From assembly GCA_043228905.1 (NCBI GenBank), contig JBHGNT010000236.1, forward strand, positions 1-46,809: a DNA stretch of 46,809 bases. The letters run 5' to 3'. The notes under the pieces were generated by a model. The model saw nothing but the letters and a program-made list of their open reading frames with translations. It ran no database searches and was not told where the DNA came from. The position numbers were made by a program, and so were the translations under genes. Below, one piece after another: positions 1 to 11,406 of the stretch. The stretch's first letter is position 1. Each line of letters opens with the position of its first letter. This stretch comes from Azolla caroliniana. Taxonomy: Eukaryota > Plantae > Polypodiophyta.

Positions 1-2598
1 AGCGCTGCCACAAGCCTTTAAGCAACAAGTGTAACTGGCATTACTTGAAAGTATTCCATTGTCTTCCATTTGTTCAAAACATTGCAAGGCTTCAGAACTG
101 AAGCCATGTTCTACATACCCTGCAATTAATGCGGTCCATGAGCTAACTTCAGAAACTTCCATATCAATCATCACTTCACGTGCTTCAGTAAGAAAACCAC
201 ATTTAGCATACATGTCCACCAACATGGTTCCAATGGATGCATCGTCTTCAAATCCTTCTTTAGCAATCTCGGAATATATTTCCTGACATTTATGTATATT
301 TTGTATATTACAACATGCTTTTAAAATACAGGCGTATGTTACAGCATTAGGAAACACACCCTCAACTGCCATCTCTTTCAAACAATTAAATACATCCTGA
401 ACCAAACCGTATTCAGCATGACCCACTATTAATGAAGTCCAAACGACGACATCACGTTCTGATATGCTTTCAAATACTTTACAAGCATCTACAAGAGAAT
501 CACATTTCACATACATGTCTACCAGAATGCTTTCGATGCAGGGAACTTTTTCAAGGGCTCTTTTTATAACCTCAGCATGCATTTCCTGCCCACTTTCTAA
601 GGATCCTATACAGCTACACCCTTTCAGAACACATACATATGTAACAACATCTGGCATTACACATTCAAGGTGCATTTTCTGCATACAACCCAGTGCTTCT
701 TCTCCAAGACCATGGTCAGCATACCCTGCAATCAATGCATTCCAAGGAACTGCTTCACAAGTTCTAGATTCTTCAAGCACACTACATGCTTCTATAAATA
801 AACCAAACCTTGAATACATGTCAATTATCGTACTAGTGAGGAATATCTCAAATTCAAGTCCATATTTCATGACCTCAATGTGCATTTCACGACCTGTTCC
901 TAGTGCTCCAATCATGGCACAGGACTTTAGGTTGCAAATGTAAGTAACTGTAGAAAAGGGAATCCCTTTTATGCTCATCACTGAAGACATTTCTAGGGCT
1001 TCTTCATAATTTTGATTTTCAGCAAACCCTGAAATTATAGCATTCCATGACACCCCATCTTGAATCGGCATATCATAAAATACTTCTTTCGCTTCGATAA
1101 GCAAACCACCTTTTGCATACATATCTATCAAAGTGTTGCTAATGAATTGGTCTTCCTCATATCCTTCTTCAATTAAGTTTGCATGTAGGGCTTGGCCTCG
1201 AGAAATATCCCTAACAATACTGCAAACCTTTAAGCTGCAAAGGAAAATGGCATTATCCATATCTAAATCATCCTTTTGCATCTTTTCCAGGCATGCTACT
1301 GCTTCGTCTCCGAGGCCAAGGTCAATATACCCAGAAATTATTGTAGTCCAAGATACTACATCACAAACATGATGCTTTTTATCAAACAAATCTAGGGCCT
1401 CCTCAAGAAAACCACATTTTACATATGTGTCCAATAATACATTGCATACAGAGATATCCCCATCATAGCCCTGTTTTATAACCATCGCATGTATTTTACG
1501 TGCCACATTTATGGTTCCCAGGCTACCACAAGCTTTGAAGTAATGGATTAATGTGCCACCTTCCAAAGAAATGCCCTCAATATCCATATCCTCTAAATGA
1601 ACTAGCACTTCATTAAAAAGTTCATTTTCTATAAACCCTCCAATCAGTGTATTCCATAAAATAGTATCATGCACAGGCATGGCATTGAAAAGTTTGAGTG
1701 CATCTAAACACAAGCCACATTTTGTAAATGTATTCACAATAGTAGTGCAGAGATTAAAATCTTGCTCTAGGCCTTTACTTGTGATTTGACTATATAATGA
1801 TTGAGCTATATTAATCATTTTTATGTCACCACAACCTTTTAAACAACAAATATAAGTCACCATATCTGGTGACAAACCTTCAAACTCCAAATGTTCTAAA
1901 CTATCTAACATGGCTCCATAAGCCCCATGTTTAGCATATCCTGCTATTAAAGCATTCCACGTGACTATATTCCGCAGTGTCAGCTCTTCGAATATTTCTT
2001 GAGCCTCTTTGAGAAAGCCACATTTTGCATACATATCTACCAAGGTGCTCCCTATAAACAATTCTTTCTCAAAACCCTCCTTTACAATTTCAGCATGCAA
2101 TCCATATCCCATATTGATTTCTTCTAAGTTACCACAACCCTTCAGAGTGCAAATATATGTAACACAATTGGGGGATACATTCTCTGCTTGCATTCGTACC
2201 AGGCATTTTAATGTCTCCTCATTGAGCCCATTTTCAGCATAACCCGAAATTAATGCAGTCCACGATACTACATCATGTACTGCTAGTTCATCAAAAATCT
2301 CTTGTGCATCTACAAGGCAACCACATTTACCATACATGTCCACCAAAATTGTTCCGAGAATAAGGTCCCTTTCCATCCCATGTTTTACAGATTCAGCATG
2401 TATTGCCCGGCCTCTTTCTATGGATCTAAGCTTAGCACAAGCTTTGAGCAAGAGCAAAAGAGTTTTTTTATCTGAATGAATGGAATACTCAAGGAAGATG
2501 TGGATGGCTTGATCAAATTTACCACTTTCAATAGCTGCCTTAATGTCAAAAACACAATGATTCTCAGGCATTCTAATGGGAAACTTGGCATGCAGCAT
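1..2598 (-). CDS. PLS-class pentatricopeptide repeat protein (likely organellar RNA-editing factor), 3' end lies outside the window
   Basis: I read one uninterrupted minus-strand frame of 866 codons from ATG 2598 (MLHAKFPIRMPENH...) to base 1 with no stop. It is absent from the ORF track because it runs off the edge. P-L-S triplets recur with a ~303-306 bp period: LVDMYxKCG-type motifs near 2335, 2032, 1729, 1426, 1120, 817, 514 and 211, plus DVVSWTALISGYAENG-type and VTYICTLKGCG-type motifs. The E/DYW domain is not visible. Confidence 0.95.
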   Translation of the reverse strand, partial: MLHAKFPIRMPENHCVFDIKAAIESGKFDQAIHIFLEYSIHSDKKTLLLLLKACAKLRSIERGRAIHAESVKHGMERDLILGTILVDMYGKCGCLVDAQEIFDELAVHDVVSWTALISGYAENGLNEETLKCLVRMQAENVSPNCVTYICTLKGCGNLEEINMGYGLHAEIVKEGFEKELFIGSTLVDMYAKCGFLKEAQEIFEELTLRNIVTWNALIAGYAKHGAYGAMLDSLEHLEFEGLSPDMVTYICCLKGCGDIKMINIAQSLYSQITSKGLEQDFNLCTTIVNTFTKCGLCLDALKLFNAMPVHDTILWNTLIGGFIENELFNEVLVHLEDMDIEGISLEGGTLIHYFKACGSLGTINVARKIHAMVIKQGYDGDISVCNVLLDTYVKCGFLEEALDLFDKKHHVCDVVSWTTIISGYIDLGLGDEAVACLEKMQKDDLDMDNAIFLCSLKVCSIVRDISRGQALHANLIEEGYEEDQFISNTLIDMYAKGGLLIEAKEVFYDMPIQDGVSWNAIISGFAENQNYEEALEMSSVMSIKGIPFSTVTYICNLKSCAMIGALGTGREMHIEVMKYGLEFEIFLTSTIIDMYSRFGLFIEACSVLEESRTCEAVPWNALIAGYADHGLGEEALGCMQKMHLECVMPDVVTYVCVLKGCSCIGSLESGQEMHAEVIKRALEKVPCIESILVDMYVKCDSLVDACKVFESISERDVVVWTSLIVGHAEYGLVQDVFNCLKEMAVEGVFPNAVTYACILKACCNIQNIHKCQEIYSEIAKEGFEDDASIGTMLVDMYAKCGFLTEAREVMIDMEVSEVSSWTALIAGYVEHGFSSEALQCFEQMEDNGILSSNASYTCCLKACGSA

Positions 2599-2624
2599 GG
2601 TCTCTACTCAACACACTTAGTACA

Positions 2625-3300
2625 GGAGACTGGACATATAGCATATTTTTTACCAGCTAAAATATGGCAATGCAATCCAAGGCACAGAGTATTTTCACAA
2701 GTTAAAAAATATGGATAAATGGCCTTTTAACTAGAGGCATATTACATTGTTTCCGTGAATGTGAAAAAGATGCATTCCAACAACAGGAATTTTACCAGAG
2801 CAAAATACGAAAACCCAACCAGAGGTATTTGTATATTCTTACTCACTAAAATAACAAAAAACAGCATTACAGAGGGAGGTATAGTACTTTTTACCACCTA
2901 AAATTTCAAGAACAAAACATGTGTTCCATCCGGGAACCTGAGGTGTATAGCAGATTAATTAAAGGCTAAAAATACGAAGAAAAACATGAATTCCAATCGG
3001 TGGCACAGTGTTTTTTTATTTTACAGTCCAAAAACACACAAAAAACAATATTCCAAACCAGTGGTATATAAAACATACAAATAATATTGCAGCCAGAAAT
3101 ACAGTACATTTTCATGAGCTAAATAATATGAAAAACCAGGGGGGTAACATATTCTACTGGATTAATTCATGAAACAAACGGCATTCCTATCAGAATTACA
3201 GTGTACTTCTTATGAGCTAATGATGGGAAACAAGCATTACAACCGAGGGTATAATGTGTTTCTGACAGGCTAAAATTTGAAAAAAAACGGCATTCCAAAA
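2625..3300. repeat. Degenerate ~55-60 bp minisatellite upstream of the PPR ORF
   Basis: Recurring unit approximating GCATTCCAACCAGAGGTATAGTATATTTTTACCAGCTAAAATATGAAAAAAACA, roughly 10-12 diverged copies. Confidence 0.6.
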
Positions 3301-4049
3301 TTGTTTGTCTTATCAAAACCAAAACCAATTTGATATCTTTCTCAATAAAAAAAAAGGCAAATTTTATATTTTTCCTTCACTATGCCAAACTAGTTTTTCG
3401 TGAAATCTATACAATCAAATACTCAAAAAGAAAAGTTTAAGTTTAGGCATTTTGATGGTTCCTTATTCTGGCGCGATTTTCTTATTCATCTTCTTTTTCG
3501 TTTCTTTTCTTTTCTTTTCGTTTCTTTTCTGTCTGAACTGTGGCATTAACCTTGTGTAGAAAAATCTGAAGGAGCGTGGAATTTCTTACCTGGGAGTTTC
3601 TGTGAGAAAGATCCACAAATCCATACATATACATATCTCGCAAATCTTCCAATGGCATGACAAATAACTCAGCTAATCAATTTACAAATTACCCATTGCC
3701 TCTTCTTCTTATTTGAATCATTATAGATCGGAGAAAAACCCATCACATAACCAATACCGGCTTGAGTTTCCTTTACTTCCCTGTATACCCCCTGCATTTT
3801 CTGATATCTCTCCAGATGCCCCCCTCCATCCAATGTATTTGGGCTGATACATCACACTGGGCGTTCGAGGACAAGTAGTACAAATCTATCTATTTATCTT
3901 CTTTATCAAACACCATTCCTACAATTTGAGCATTTCGTACCCCCTCCTCGATTCATATTCTAAGTATGGGCGAAATCATACATACATATGTATGTTGACA
4001 CTTTCTTCTCTCTTCTAGAAAGGTCGGTTGGCTATAGGGGCATTCAAAT

Positions 4050-4420
4050 AAATAATGAAAACTTCGGGTTATTTTGAGAAAAATAGAGAAATGTTCTCGG
4101 GCTATTTCACATATTATTTAATTTTTGCACCGGTGCATATGTTCTCCGATGCATAGTAAGTCCTCTTTCCCACTTCCTCGTGGTGAGTACCAGCACACGT
4201 TCATTCCATCTACGATTGGACGGAACCTCGAGCCCATGATGTTTGAAACTTTCTACGACTTCAAATGGCTTATTATTGTCTGCCATGCATGTTTTATCTT
4301 TATTTTGACTCTTCGCAACCATAACCTTCATTTTTTGAGCTATTCACATTCATGTTACCGTGGATATGAAAGTTTTCCAATACACCCATTCGCTTTTAGC
4401 CATCTTTAAAAGTATTGCAA
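4050..4420 (-). mobile_element. Decayed non-LTR retrotransposon (LINE) reverse-transcriptase C-terminal fragment
   Basis: The minus-strand translation KMKVMVAKSQNKDKTCMADNNKPFEVVESFKHHGLEVPSNRRWNE matches the KTKVM...LEVVESFKYLG pattern of LINE RT. It is frameshifted and contains stops. Confidence 0.7.
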
Positions 4421-5589
4421 AAAGCATCACATTATTCACCAACATATAACAAAAGCATGATACTACATTCCAATTGTAACTTCCTTAATGCTTTCTTGCT
4501 TTACAAACTAATTGGCCATTTTCTCCAATTCATCCATGCAAAATCCAAGAAGAAAAATTTGAATTTTCAAGCAAATATGTATTCACTTGGTACCATAAAT
4601 TCTTACATGTGTCTCCAAAGATGCTCACAGGGCAACATATCAAAAGGTTTCTTGAACTATACCAAAACCAATGTAATGGTTTACCTTTCAAACATATTTC
4701 TTTCATTAGCACTCGAAAAGCGACAGATGATCAAATGATGTTGTGGAGAAAACCAACTTATTTATAAGCTCTCTTATTGTTTTTTTTAGCCTATACACTT
4801 AGCTTGGCTTCCATTATACATCCAAATAGCTTCCCACAAGAGAGCTAATTATGATTGTTCGATAGTTGTTTACATTATTTATCTTCTCCCCTTTATATAA
4901 ATGTTTGATCCAATTTGTACTCCAATTGTGAGGCACGTCATTTTGCAAGCGCAATTAAACATATTATTGTTCAAACATTTTCTTCCTTTCCTATTCATTT
5001 GAGCATTTTGGTTTGAATACCTCAATTATCTATTGTATTGTGAGTGGCAAATTCCTTAACTCCTTTGAACGCGTCCTCAACGGTAGTGAAGGAATGCATG
5101 TGCAAAGAGAACTATAACACACAATTGTATTTTGTAGGGAAATTTTCCTTGGAGGAGTTGCCTTTATGTCAACTAGTCTCACAAGACCTTAGATGGTTTA
5201 GTTTGCCATAAGATCCTTAATATTGTTGGGACAATAAGGGCTTTTATGTATTTGTTTTGTTGTTTCAACATATATGTAACTATTTTATGTAGAAAAAACA
5301 ATGTGTATAAATGTCTTGACTTTATCTTGATGCATACGAGTGTGAATGATGATGCCATTAAAAATTACAATTGCATTGGAGAGAAACGTTTTGTCACATA
5401 GTGTATAGAAGTTTGTGACAATTTGATATATGTAAGGTTACCAAGATGACTACAAAATTTCCTTACATTATTAGCCTTGAATCACTTTGAGGAAGTTATT
5501 CGTACATTGTCTGATGACTTAAATAAGCTTTAATTTATCTATATAGATATCATGAAGATATATGCACAAGATCTAAATTTATTAATGCT

Positions 5590-6720
5590 ATGTTACTTAG
5601 GGAAGCTACTAATCAATGGATGACAATGGAGAAGGGGATAGGTTATGAGGAGGAGGGCTTTGTAATCCCAATAGGTAGGGAAACACCAAACAAGTTTGAA
5701 GGCCACAAACTACGAGACAATGAGATACCAACATTGAATATGGCAATTCGAGTACTCGCATATACCGGTCATAAATGGATTGTAGATCCCGATCTTATCA
5801 AAGTACAACCAGAACATGTAAGTTTATGAAAACACATGGCTACGTAAGGACAATTGGGACCCTTTGCAATGGACGTGGTGCGACCTTATGCGGGTCAAGG
5901 AAGCAACGTCATCCCTTTCTTCCAATTCACGACTAGATTAGGTCGCCACATTCTAACTGCTCAAACCGTCTGAGAGTTGGTTGTTGCAAAGGTATGGGAC
6001 ACATCATGTTCCTCATACAACTATCACTACTTTTTGGCAAAAACTCTAAAAATAAGAACACGCTCGACGAATTACAACATTCCAATGACTATTAATACAT
6101 AAATCACTACCAATTGGACCGTGGCAACACGGGAACCTTAACTCACTTGATTGTGTAGCATGCCCAAATGCAATAGAATGATTCAATCCGACATGCCCTA
6201 TGGGACTGCCCATAGACCCATCAATTATGGCGGGGGGTTGGCCGCCTATTGCAATAATGCCAAGTGCAAGGCATAATCAAGTGGGGAAATGTATGTTGGT
6301 CATTATGGCAAGGCCCAGTTGATAGGTACAAACATCAGGAGGAAGGGAGGATTTTGTTGATAAAAGCACAAGAGGTTTTTTTTACCACCATCGGTAATAT
6401 CCACTTAACTCCTATTAATGTCAAATCTCAAGTTGTGTTGGAAGTGATCAACCCAATAACTCTTTGGACTCTATGGAAACATGGATGTAGACGGGTCTTC
6501 TCCAATCAAACCGTACATCTAGTAATTTTAATGCAAGAGATATGGAGTGAAATTGTAGCCACTCTAAAGAGCCAATATAAAGGCCTCACGGGTGGATCCG
6601 ATGGAGTTGAAAGACAACGACTAGCCTTCATCGAACAATAGTCATCATCTCCCTTTATTGAGTCAGTGGGCATCCACATAAGATGGAACTATTGCGTTCC
6701 TATAGGGATTTGTATATAAC
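5590..6720 (+). mobile_element. Decayed LINE ORF2 3' fragment (L1-like C-terminal region)
   Basis: Broken ORFs 5590-5829 and 6264-6641. The latter contains ITLWTLWKHGCRRVFS, resembling the 'LWxIWKxRxxxVF' motif that follows the C-terminal zinc finger of plant L1 ORF2. Confidence 0.55.
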
Positions 6721-9700
6721 ACTCTCATTTGTAAAAAATTTATCACCAATGAGTTTTTTTTTGAAAGAAGAATAAGAAGATATATGCACATACACTTAAA
6801 TGAATGGGCAAATACCAAAGGGTGTTATGAGAAATATTCTATAGTCCACTTAAAAAATTTCATATGACTGGCATTTTTTAACCACGATGACCTTCATCAA
6901 TGATCGCAATGTGAATAGCAATATTTCTTAGATACAAAGCATACCTTATTGCACATAGGGTCATGAAAATAATCAATGAGACAATTCAAACACGTACGTT
7001 TTAACCCAATGTTATCATTTTGGTAGCCTAGCAGTTAATACATGGTGGCACAACTAGAACTCTCATATGATCACATACGACTTTCTTTGGATCAAGCAAA
7101 ATTACCTTATAAACCCTTTTTGTGACATTGAATGAAAGTTCATGAATCTTGTGTGTCAAAATATTGAGTGTTTATCATCTCGTAATATGATATGTCATTA
7201 TTTAGTGACAATGAAATTGGATTGTTGCTTCATAAAATTTTGTACACATGCTTAAAAAATGATTGGAACATAGTGTGTAAAGCACCAACATTACCTCTAA
7301 GAAATCTACTCAACAAATTTTGTATTGAAGAATATACTGTAAAATACCCAAGAAATTAGATTAGTTATGCAAATGTATGGACATCGATGGACAATTCGCC
7401 AAACATATGTAGATATATGTTAATATTGAAAATTTATGCAAATGTCTATTATCCTAGCTGAAATAATGTACGTTAAAAAACTTGAATAGTAGGAACATAT
7501 TTGTTCAAACATGTGTACTTTATCGGTCCATCTATTTGTCATAATTAATATTACCAAATGGTGATAAAGAACATGCACCATTTTTTAGTAATGATGAAAT
7601 GTCAGTGAAACGACTTCAATGTCTATCAAACAAAAACGAGAAGATTCCTCTTGGATGATAGGTTGATGGAAAGATACTGTGTGACTTTGTTAGAACTCAA
7701 GTGATCTCATTGTTGTGATGTGAAATATGGGATTTCCTTGATTGGCCCACTGTAAAATTTCCATTTTGATCTACACAAGGATGATATAAACATTTGATGG
7801 GTTTCCAAGAAATTGAAGATGCATGCCAATCAACTAAAAATGGTAAGCTTGTGTCAGTCAAGGATGAATTATAGAAGTTCGATTGACATTCAATAATGCA
7901 ATACTTGGCCTAGATACAACTTCGATGGCAAATGATGTGATGCTAAAATTAATATTCGTTGCAAAACCTTTATTTTAAATCTATATACAATAAACATGAT
8001 TGACTTGACATTTGTGGTTGAATTTCTCAAATACTATCAATTGAGGGCTTGTACTAGAGAAACATCACTTGATCTCCATGTCACATTTGTATATCATTTG
8101 GAAATAAGGTAGCCTCATCCAACCAAAAAACATCCCATATGGAATGGAAATGATTATGTACGTATTTCATGCATTATGTTATGGATAACAAAGGTTGTAT
8201 AACCATGAGCGTTGAAGATTATTAATGTTCCCTTGATGTGGAGAGGCAATGAGAATACTTGGATTTGTGACATGCTTTCATGTTCACCGATACTTCATTA
8301 AATTTCATTGTTATTTCTCTCAATCAATTGGATGAACCAATTCTTATTTTTCCTAAAGTTGGATAGTTGGGTATTGGTCGATAAATAATATGTTAGATTC
8401 TAAAAAACAAGCAATGTGATGGGGATACATTGCAAAATAGCTCCATTTGTCCTTCGGCCCCTCTTCTAGATGGTTCTAAAGCACTTTCATATGGTGAAGC
8501 TCTCATATCTACACAATTGATATTTTAATCTTTAGTTTTTTTGTGCCTTAAGTGTGAGCAATTAAAACTTCCAATCAAATTCAGAGAACAACGATTTGAT
8601 GGAAATATTATTAATGAATGCAAACCATATGTAGCACTCTAGTCACTTAATGAGGTTCTCTCTAGTAAATTAAGGACTCCTATAGAAATAACTTATTGGG
8701 ATTCACAAACTATCTAATTGATGGTATAACATTAGTTAAATATACACATGGGGGGGGCTCTACTACCGATGGGCTTCTAATGCAACTAAGTGGTATGATA
8801 TTAGCTCATAGATTTCCTTAGGCTAAAGTTAATTCATATCTTACAAGCCCATATCTTTCATGTACAAAACTTAAAGATCGATATTGGTACACAATGTATG
8901 TTGGGAAGCGAGGCAACTATGCTCTCGACACGTGAGCCTTTTGCAAGAAGGGTGTTGTCAATATCTTCGTAAATCCAAAACATTTTACGACATTTTGAAA
9001 GGTTGGTCAGTAAGCTTAATATGTACATACAAAAATACGCTACTGACTCGTTATGGAATTGAACGATCGGATTTGAGTGATGTGATGAGCGAATTTGCAA
9101 TACATGAGATACTTTGTTCGAAGGGAAAAAAGTTTATCGTTCTACAAATCTATTTCTAGCACTTAATTAGGATTTTCAATTTAGAAGTAAAAAGAAAATT
9201 TTAATAAGAATTCATATTCTTTTGAACAATAATTCAAATCGATACAAAAGCTTTTTAACAATTTCCCAAAACACCCTTAACCCTAGAATATCTTTTATGC
9301 ACATTTGTTTTTAACTACAAGAATGCCATTATCATTGCATGCTAATCAAGTGTGTTGATGATGAGATCTTGTTCCCTAAATTAGAAATAACCATAGTAAT
9401 CACTCAGATTATGTCAAAAATTAGAATATGATTATTAGCGATTTTTTTGCACGATAGTTGTCAATAAACAAGGTAGGGATGTGTTAGTAAATTCAAAAAA
9501 CATGTATTGTTGAAGGCTTTCACAAAGTGTTGTTGTAGACATCACAATGTATCATCGCTTGGATCACAAAATGGAAAGAGTAGGTTAGTAATTCAAAAAA
9601 CATAAGGCTTTTCACGAGATGTTACGCATCAATGTTGTTCCAATATGTTGTCTCATGATCGAGGCAAGGTGTAGGGGTATGTTGGCAATTTCATAAAAGA

Positions 9701-9879
9701 CATGCTATCATCGCAATGTTCCAACTTTACCGCTGAAGGCCTTTAGCAATGTGTCGTGGGCCATTAGCATCGCCCGATTGGAGAAGCCACATAACATATG
9801 ATTAGTGCTAATTACTTAGATTCGTGAAAGGCACACGTGATAATAGTACATAGTGACTTTGGATCGGGGATAATGATAT

Positions 9880-10036
9880 GATCGGTGGTAAGGACTTGGA
9901 TTAGAGAAGGCACACATAGTGTGATTAGTGGTAGGGACTTGGATTAGGGAAAGGCACACGTACTGTGATTAGTGGTAGGAACTTGGATTAGAGATAGGCA
10001 CACATAGCGGGATTAGTGCTAATGACTTGGATTAGC
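9880..10036. repeat. ~44 bp tandem minisatellite, about 3.5 copies
   Basis: Unit GATTAGTGGTAGGGACTTGGATTAGAGAAAGGCACACATAGTGT is repeated head to tail. More diverged pieces extend back to ~9790. Confidence 0.85.
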
Positions 10037-10086
10037 ACTAAACTCCCTCACACACATTGAACATTCATTTACTCTCTCCTTACAGC

Positions 10087-10526
<440 letters not shown>

Positions 10527-10539
10527 GAAAAAAAGGCCG

Positions 10540-11406
10540 AGAAATCTCAGAGCTTCTCCTCGTTTTCTGAGAAGACAAACTCCATCGCTGCTCTCATCTC
10601 TTCTTCTTCTTCTTCTTCTTCTTCTTCTTCTTCGAGCTCCAGAAACAATTTCCTTCTGCGGTGCAATCTCTCCCGGTAAGCTCACCCCTCTCTTTTTCTC
10701 TTCTGTTCCTTCGATTCATTTCTTTCTCCATTTCTACAGACTGCTCCATTCGCTGGCATATGAACTGACAGAAATTAAAATGCATCTCTTTCTCTACCTG
10801 ATTTGCCATGTCTTTCCCGTTGTTGATCTCCGCCGTTCCATGGGTTCCTTCTCTTTTCATACCTCATAGCTGTCTTCTTCAGTTTTGTTCCATTGATTGA
10901 CATATGATGTAGCAGTAAGTAAAATGCATCTCCTTCTCTACCCCATATCCGTGTGTGTATTTGTTATGGTGTTTCTTTTTTCTTCTATCATTTCCTTCTT
11001 TGCATTCTCCTCTCTTCATATTGTTCCTCAGCTCTTTGGCTAATTAGTAAAGAAGGGCTATAGTTTTTGGGCCATCAGGGGTCAGCTTGCTTATCCAACG
11101 GCAATCTAGCTTCTTGATTGAAATTAAGTCTTATTGAGTTCAAAATCTCTATGAATTTTCCTTTGATTATAAAAGATCACTTAAGTGTGAAAGTTTAGTT
11201 AAATTTGGTGGTTCTGTTGGTGTTTACCATCCATTTTAAGTTCCAGAGTCTAGCTTAACTGGGTTCTGAACCAACTTTTTTATATCGTCAAGATATTTTC
11301 TGAATGCACAACACTACCAACTGCTACGGTTTATTGAACAATGAAGAAACTAAATACAATTTCATATTTCTGTGTGATTCAGGAAATCTAATTCTTTCCT
11401 TACACG
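10540..11406 (+). other. Probable 5' UTR of CYP40 with (CTT)n tract and a leader intron at 10676-11382
   Basis: CTT repeat at ~10599-10633, strong donor CCG|GTAAG at 10676, and acceptor TTCAG at 11382, 24 nt before the ATG. Confidence 0.65.

Noticed and set aside
59-2242. Plus-strand ORFs of 75-159 aa
   Set aside because: They are antisense shadows of the PPR coding frame.
10748-10950. Short diverged duplication (CATATGA...AAAATGCATCTCyTTCTCTACC) in the CYP40 leader intron
   Set aside because: Only two diverged copies ~143 bp apart, with no evidence of function.
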